Positions 57,150-64,000 of a DNA stretch of 64,000 nucleotides are shown here, piece after piece. Made by a program: the position numbers and the translations under genes. The notes below the pieces were generated by a model. That model was given only the letters and a program-made list of their open reading frames with translations, searched no databases and was not told the DNA's origin. Every line of letters starts with the position of its first letter. Within the stretch, counting starts at the first letter, position 1. Source of the DNA: the human T2T-CHM13v2.0 reference genome, Homo sapiens; assembly GCF_009914755.1 (NCBI RefSeq), contig NC_060944.1; one strand, written 5' to 3'.

Positions 57150-58560
57150 ACATGAGAGTCTGCAAGAAATTATCATTTGTGTTTTATAGTATTTTTTCTC
57201 TTATAGTTTACCCACATATTTATCATTTTCATAGTTCTTTTTGCTTCTTACATGTCTTACCTTTCATCCGGGAATATTTTATAATTCCCATTGGTAGCAT
57301 CTGCTAGTGTTAAACTGTCTTTGTTGATTTTGATGATAAAATGACTTTATTTTACTTTTATTCTTGAAAGTTATTTATCTGGGCATTAAACTACAGGACG
57401 GGAGTTTTTTGTTGTTGTTTTCCTTTTTTTTTTTTTTAGCACATTGTATCTATTTTTTGTTTCCATTGTAATTGAGAAGTCAACTGTCAGTAAATGCTAT
57501 TTGTTTGAAAGTAATCTCTCCTCTTTTCTCTGCCTCCTCTTAAAATTTTTCTCTTTGTACTGCGTTCTCTTTAGAATCACTATGATATGCCTGAAAGATT
57601 TTTTAATATCATTTGATATTTTTGGGTTTTCTGAATGTGTGAATTAGTGTCTTTCATCAGCTATGAAATCTTTTACACCCTTACCTCTTCAAACATTACG
57701 TCTGCTTCACTTTCTCTCTTCTTTTGCTTTCGGTGTTTTTATTTCTTATATGTTAGAATCTCTATATGTCTCCGCCATATTTGTACTGTTCAATATATTA
57801 GTCCCTAGCCACATGGGGGTATATAAAGTTAAACTTAACTAAGTAAAATTAAATAAAATTTAACAGTCAGTTTTTCAATCTCAATAGCCACATATCAAGT
57901 ACCCAACAGCTACATGTGTATAGTGGCTACTGAATTGGACAGCACAGATACAGAATGTTTTTATTATTGCAGAAATTTCTATTGCACTGATCTATATCTG
58001 TTAGGTGTTCTGGTATATTTTCAATCTTTCGTTTATTCTTCATTTCTGATTTTTCTTAGATTTTTGACCAATCTTTTTGTTCAATAGTTCTCTATCAACT
58101 CTTCCTAATTTGCTGTTAATTTGATCTTTTTAGTTATTTTACTTTAATTCTAGAATGTATATTTTGTTAATTTTTTAATCTATGATATCACATTTTATGG
58201 TTGCTGGTTCCCTGCCAACATTTTAAATCTTGACTTTCATCTCATTGTATATAGTGAGCACAGTTGTTACATAGTCTGCCTGGTAATTCTATTTTTTGGA
58301 CTTCATTGTGTTTGCTCCTATACTGTATTATTTTTGCTGTTTTTTTTTTTTCTTATGGTATTTCAACTCTTCATGTATTCAGTTATTTCTGAGTATGTGC
58401 TGGACATTGTTTCTAAAAACTAACTTTCAGTAATAAATTCAAGACTTGATTAAAGTTGTCTTCCACCAACAAATATATTCATTGCTTTTGCCAGAATCCT
58501 GGGCACACTATTTTTGACCATTTAATACAGGTTCATGCTTTAGGTTTTCTGTAGAGTAGA
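57150..58560 (-). mobile_element. Old L1M ORF1/5' region, interrupted by MER3
   Basis: T-rich antisense L1M motifs (TTATTCTTGAAAG, TTGAGAAGTCAACTGTCAG, GTGTCTTTCATCAG, TTACATAGTCTGCCTGGTAATTCT). Confidence 0.7.
57783..57990. mobile_element. MER3 DNA transposon
   Basis: CTGTTCAATAT..TAGTCCCTAGCCACATG...AGCTACATGTGTATAGTGGCTACTGAATTGGACAGCACAG. Confidence 0.85.
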
Positions 58561-58699
58561 ATGATGCAAAACTGTCATCTTAACTACCAGACTTCAACCC
58601 TTAAAGTTTCAGTCCAAAGTGTTAGTGTCCTCTCAAGATCCTCCTCCCAAATGTACAGAAGCTGCTAATGACAGAAAAGAAGAAATATATAGGAAACAT

Positions 58700-59770
58700 C
58701 AAACAATGGAGAAAAGTATCAAAAACAAAAGCTCATTCTTCAGAATTATTAATAAAACAGTCCCTTGAGAGACTGGCCAAAGAAAGAGAAGGCACAAGTT
58801 GAACTATAAAAACTTGCACAAATAAGAAATAAAAGAAATTGATTTAAAATCTTGACATAGTCAAGAAATACAATAAATTGATAATATATTAAAATTTTAT
58901 AATAAAAATAACATTGAATTATGAAATAATAGAAACTACAAAATGCCAATAATTAATTAATCTATACCTTTTCACCCTATAAAATAGTTTTATAAAGGGC
59001 TAACTACACTTTCAAAAAACAAAAATTCTTATTTTCTAAAACCATTGTACATAATATAAAGAAATGTCCTTTAACAAATTTTCTGAAAATAATGTAGCCT
59101 TTATATCAAAAACCAGAAAAAAGACAGCATAAGAAAGTATATATTAGCCAATATTAGGTAGAAACATGGATGAAAATATCAGTTATTAACAAAATACTTC
59201 TCATATCCATCAAACTCACATAAATTAAATTTCTAGCAACTCCCAGTGCCACTGAAGTTATAGGGTATCTGGAACATTCATCTATTCCCAATAGGAGTTT
59301 AAACAGTACAACCATTTTTGGGAGTGATTTGGAAATATCCACTAGAGTAATGCCCAGTAATAGTGGAATGGATTGATAACTTGTGTGTATTAATATAATG
59401 GCATACTATATACCTGTTACCATTTATGCACAATTTCTTTTTGACTCAACATACACACATTTCAAAAATGCAAAATCAAGTAAATAAACCAAGGTGCCGA
59501 AGAACATTAAAAAATTATACTATTTGTGCAAATTTAAAAAACACACAAGACACAATACAATATGCTGTGTGTGTGTGTGTAGATATATAGAGCATATTTA
59601 TACATCAACTGTAGAAAGGCAATTGTCTCCTGGGAAGGAGACTAGGAAAGGAGATCAAGAAGGGATACAATGGGGACATGAAGTCTGTCTGAAAAGAAAT
59701 ATTTAAAAATGATTTGAAGCAACCAAGGCTCAATATAAGCATTTTAATATTTAGGTAGACAGTGTTTATT
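58700..59770 (+). mobile_element. Very old fragmented L1M
   Basis: A-rich ORF2 and 3'-end remnants (TATCAAAAACCAGAAAAAGACAG, GTACAACCATTTTTGGGAG). Confidence 0.5.
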
Positions 59771-59789
59771 AGGTATAATATTAGACCTT

Positions 59790-60005
59790 ACTTTATAAAG
59801 TAACTGTGAGGACTAAGTGAATTAATGCATATAAAAGGCTTAAAGGACAGAGTAGGTGCTCATTACATGCTGATTTTCATAATTGTTACTCATTAGAGAT
59901 GGTGAATTTCTAGACAGAAAAGCCCAGCTATTATTTATCACTGTCCCTTATGCATACTACAGGATCTAGCACAGAGGAGATGCTCAGTAATTTGGTTGAA
60001 TGTGT
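59790..60005 (+). mobile_element. MIR 3' fragment followed by an L2 3' fragment
   Basis: GTGAGGACTAAGTGAATTAATGCATATAAAAGGCTTA...GTAGGTGCTCA; then CTAGCACAGAGGAGATGCTCAGTAATTTGGTTGAATG. Confidence 0.65.
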
Positions 60006-62859
60006 CCACACATCATAAATTGCTGTCTTCATCTCAAACTCCCTAATGGTCCTTGCCTACTTGCATGGATGTAGGTGAATGAGGAGTGTAACAGATTGGC
60101 ATAAACCACTGGTAGAAACGTTAGGGCTTAGTATTTGACTCTTACAACCAGTTCCATATGTGACCTGGTTTATGGTTTCAGGGCAAGTGATTACTTTTAA
60201 GTAACCAACCAGCAGAGTTTAGACGTGTTTCGAGATTCTTGGAAGAAGGTTGATTACATAAATGCCAACTATATTAGTATTGATTTCTCAAAGAATAAAA
60301 AGAAAAACCAAAAAAAAAGGTCAGCTCAATCAGCTATTTATTATTTCTTCTGTTCTTTAAAATTGTAAGAATTTCTGAGGGGTGGGAATTTCAAAGCTAT
60401 TTCAAGATCATCATATATAAAGCATTCTTTAGTATATAAGGTCTTAAGGAGGAGAAATGGGCTTTGGCTGACTTCACCCACAAGCTGAACTCCATAAATA
60501 TTATATAGTTAACACACGATCCAGATACTTTAACTTCACAGAGTTCAGGAAAGAACAGCTTTTGTTTATGGTGAGTTTTCCTATGTGTTGAATATAAAGT
60601 ACCAATTAAAGTGTAATCGGAATAGCTGTTTGAATTTTTGGCAGCGTATCAGAAGGAGTTACGGAAAGCAGGGCCTTTTCAATGATAGATATGATTTTGC
60701 AGAGGTCATGCTATGGCCTGGATAGGGCATGCCTGGCCTGATTTCAAACCATAAATGCATGCGAATGTAAGGAAATGAATCCTATTCCAGGGCCTATATC
60801 TTCATTGCCTTAGAAATGGTTTTTCTATTTCCAAAGCAATTCTGGTTTTCAGAATAATTTGCCTGGAACTCAATCCCTATATGCTGATGAGACCAACTGA
60901 GGTCTAGAATGGCTAAGACACTGGGGCATTTTATTTTGTTATTTCCACTGTCCAATTCTTTGTAGATTTTGATTTGGAAAAGTATTCAACCCATTGGAAC
61001 CTAAACCATTCTCCCTCTCCCTAAAATATTTTCATAGAACTGAGTTCCCCTTATTTTCAGAGTTCTTACATCAATTATACATGAAGTGAATGCCTGAAAG
61101 GATCAGGACTGATTGTGGGGAAGAAGTGAAGTATGTTACGGAATAAAAGATTGGAAACAGAAAATAAGTAGAAAACAGAAAAAGCAATGAAGCAAACATG
61201 CATGGTTGACATAAACGTGGAGCAGAAACTACAACAATAGGTTCTTGGATAGTGCCTCTGAATGGGACAAATAGTCACTCTGGAGTCTCAGTAAAAATCT
61301 AAAGAGAGAAACCTGATCCAAGTTAAAGGTATAGTCAGCGACTAGCTCAACTTCTAACAGCTTCCAAAAACCAAAAATGTGCAGTTGACCTTGTAACTAG
61401 GATTGCATATGGCACCCAGCCAAAACCCGCCAGCCCTCTCCAGGGCAAAGAGTGACAGCTTTGCTGTCCTGCAGTTGAAACAAGTGGGAGCTCATATTAA
61501 ACTGTGCCAAGCAGGGCCTGCCACTAAGCTGAACACCTGTAATTCACCCATCTGTGTCCCTCAAGTCCTCACCCCAAAGTAAATTGATTCTGAGCTCTAA
61601 CAGCTGTCTGGGGGACTCTGCTGGGCTGTTCCCAGCAGGAAAGGATGTGGGAGATGATAAAAGCTGTAGGTGTGTTTCCAAGGTCAGAACCCAAAGAGGG
61701 AAGTTTTTTTGATTCTTTCATTTGTAGAGATGACAAAAGTGGTAGTGGGTGGGATGCATAATTTCCAGATCATTTAAGTAACTACCAGACGTTGTTTATC
61801 CCATCATATGATTTGAAAATTAAGATAATCATAGTTGATGAAAGAGGAGAAAGCCTGGGCAATGAGGGTCCCTTTCATCAAGGAGTGTAAAGCAAAGAGT
61901 AGGAGAAATGGGGTACAAACTTAGAAAATGAAAGTCATATGCAGTGTCTCTGTAAAGGTAAGAGAATTTCAGGAATATTTTAAACATACATTCAGTGTAG
62001 ACTACCCTGTTCATATCAATGATAGAAAAATAGATATGTAAGTTTTATGAGCAACAAATTCAAGTTTGGAAGAAAGAAACATACACATATGGTCACCTGC
62101 TATGGGTATTTATAATATTAGATGTAAAGTGTTTATAACAGCAGACTCTTGCCAACATCAGCAGCCATTGACATAAATAGATTACCGTAGATTACTAGAA
62201 ATAAATGAAACCCTTGTATTCTATATAGGTGATATTCCAAAAGTAAACAGAATCTTAAAGGCTGAATAGCCCAGGCTCCCTTGTGACTTGAGCCATAGCC
62301 ACACTTTTTTTTTTTGCAAGCTTACATACTATTTTGTTTCTGGAATTTTTTAAATGCTTTTGAGTAAAGAGCCTTGTTTATTGTTCAGATAACTGTTTTA
62401 TCTGCTATTACTAAATAGGGAATCTTCATTTATTCATTACCAGTCACACATTTATTAATTTTGTTTAAAACTATTTATTGTCCTGGTCCTTGGGATATAG
62501 TGATAAGTAAGAGCATTAGTCTCTGCTTGCAGGCTCATACTCAACAAGTGGTGACTTTCAATGTACTTTTGTGTTTATGCACACATGGGAAAACTAGAAG
62601 CAATAGATTGCGTCTAAAGCAAAATGCTAAGAAAAGAGCTTCTAACTGAAGGCATCTCTATGAGAAGTTTGACTGAATTCAGCTGATTTCCATAATCACA
62701 AACACCTACTGAATAACTACCTATGCTTTGTCTTTGGTGAGCCACAAAAGTGCTGAGATTCATTCATAGGGCCCCATTCTAAATGGGATCAGCCTAGTGG
62801 GAAAAGACTCTGCAGTCCTCTTAGAATGTGCCATCAATTTTTCCTTCATCTGTGTGCAA

Positions 62860-63095
62860 TTGAGTTGTCCAGCACATACATTTAAGTGCCTATAAGATAT
62901 TAACTACATTGCTAGGCAGTGGGAATAAAGAGTGCTGTTAGTCTCTGTCCATTCATCTGCACATCTATCCTTTCACCCATTCATCCAATTCAGATATTTA
63001 ATGAATGATGATCATGTACTAAGTGTTTATGCTAGACTGTGGAGAAAAAATAAAACAACATAGACACACTTTATGACCTCATGGAGCTTACATTA
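62860..63095 (-). mobile_element. L2 3' fragments
   Basis: CATTCATCCAATTCAGATATTTAATGAATG...GACCTCATGGAGCTTACATT. Confidence 0.65.
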
Positions 63096-63322
63096 CAGAA
63101 GCAGACATAAACAAAACATAAGAAAAACAACTAGATATACATGAAATTGACAAATTCTGGTATTTGGAGAGATTTCTATTTTTAGAACTATAAATCTCAA
63201 GAAGTTCTGAGAGACCCTCCTGCTATAAAATGAACAGTCTATGAAGGCAAATATTTTAGAGAAAATGCTGATTCCACAATTATTAGGAAAGATGCCAGAG
63301 GCACCCCCCAGTTTCCCTCCCC

Positions 63323-63336
63323 TACACACAGACACA

Positions 63337-63378
<42 letters not shown>
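63323..63378 (+). repeat. (CA)n microsatellite
   Basis: Long CA run with CAGA interruptions at its start. Confidence 0.95.
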
Positions 63379-63379
<1 letters not shown>

Positions 63380-63559
63380 CAAACAAACAAGAAATAAAGG
63401 AACCAACAACAAATATGAGTTGGTCCTAGAACAGCTTTGAAATGAGGAATCTAAAGGTACCAGAATCAGAATGCTGGGGGTTGATATTGCCGAGGCTGGG
63501 CAGCTGGATTTAAAAATATTTTATAACTTTTCGTAATTTTTCTCTACATGGCCTAGTAA

Positions 63560-64000
63560 AGAGAAGAATGCCCTGGGCATTCTGTTGATACCCCACAAGG
63601 ACGACTACTCAAGAATTAGGGTTTGAGATGATTCAGCTCTTACCAAGACTGATCTTCGTGAATGGACTGTTTGCTCTCTGCTTGGATTAAGGTGATTTTT
63701 CCCTAACCTAAATGCCTACCAGGTACACAATTAGATCTTCTCTAGAAGAATATAAAGCCATGCAGAGCCTTAATTATTACACTTTTTCAAACTCAATATC
63801 CATTATTTAATAAAATATAATTACTGGGCATATAGGGATAGAAGGACAAATAACTAATGATCAAGACAGAGAGAGAGAAAGAAAGAGACTAGAAGCAGAC
63901 CAATAGGAGAGCCAAATATTGGAATTAATAGATAACAAATTTAAAAATGATTATGATCAATAAATACAGGAAATTAATTGGTAAGATTGATGCACAAAAT
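63560..64000 (+). mobile_element. Old L1M 5'/ORF1 region (runs off the window)
   Basis: AATTACTGGGCATATAGGGATAGAAGG...AGAAGCAGACC...CAAATATTGGAATTAATAGATAACAAATTTAAAA. Confidence 0.6.

Overview
Human (primate) non-coding genomic DNA, rich in interspersed repeats; a human-lineage AluYg6 supports human origin. I find no intact protein-coding gene, tRNA/rRNA gene or CpG island. Almost every ORF in the track is an L1, Alu or simple-repeat artefact. Highlights: (1) a 2.1-kb L1PA2-type element (44981-47098) that keeps both ends but lacks ~3.9 kb of interior, and carries a ~110-bp 3' transduction with its own poly(A) signal and tail, all enclosed by one perfect 14-bp TSD; (2) a full-length dead L1PA8/8A-type element on the minus strand (36662-43074); (3) an HSPE1 (HSP10) processed pseudogene nested in an old L1M (~321-794, minus); (4) a pristine AluYg6 with a 15-bp TSD; (5) a speculative, heavily decayed class-A GPCR (LTB4R-like) relic at ~4075-4740; (6) a few repeat-free blocks with enhancer-like motif clusters. 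Repeat subfamily calls and all alignments were made by eye against remembered consensus sequences; no searches were run. Boundaries of old elements are approximate.
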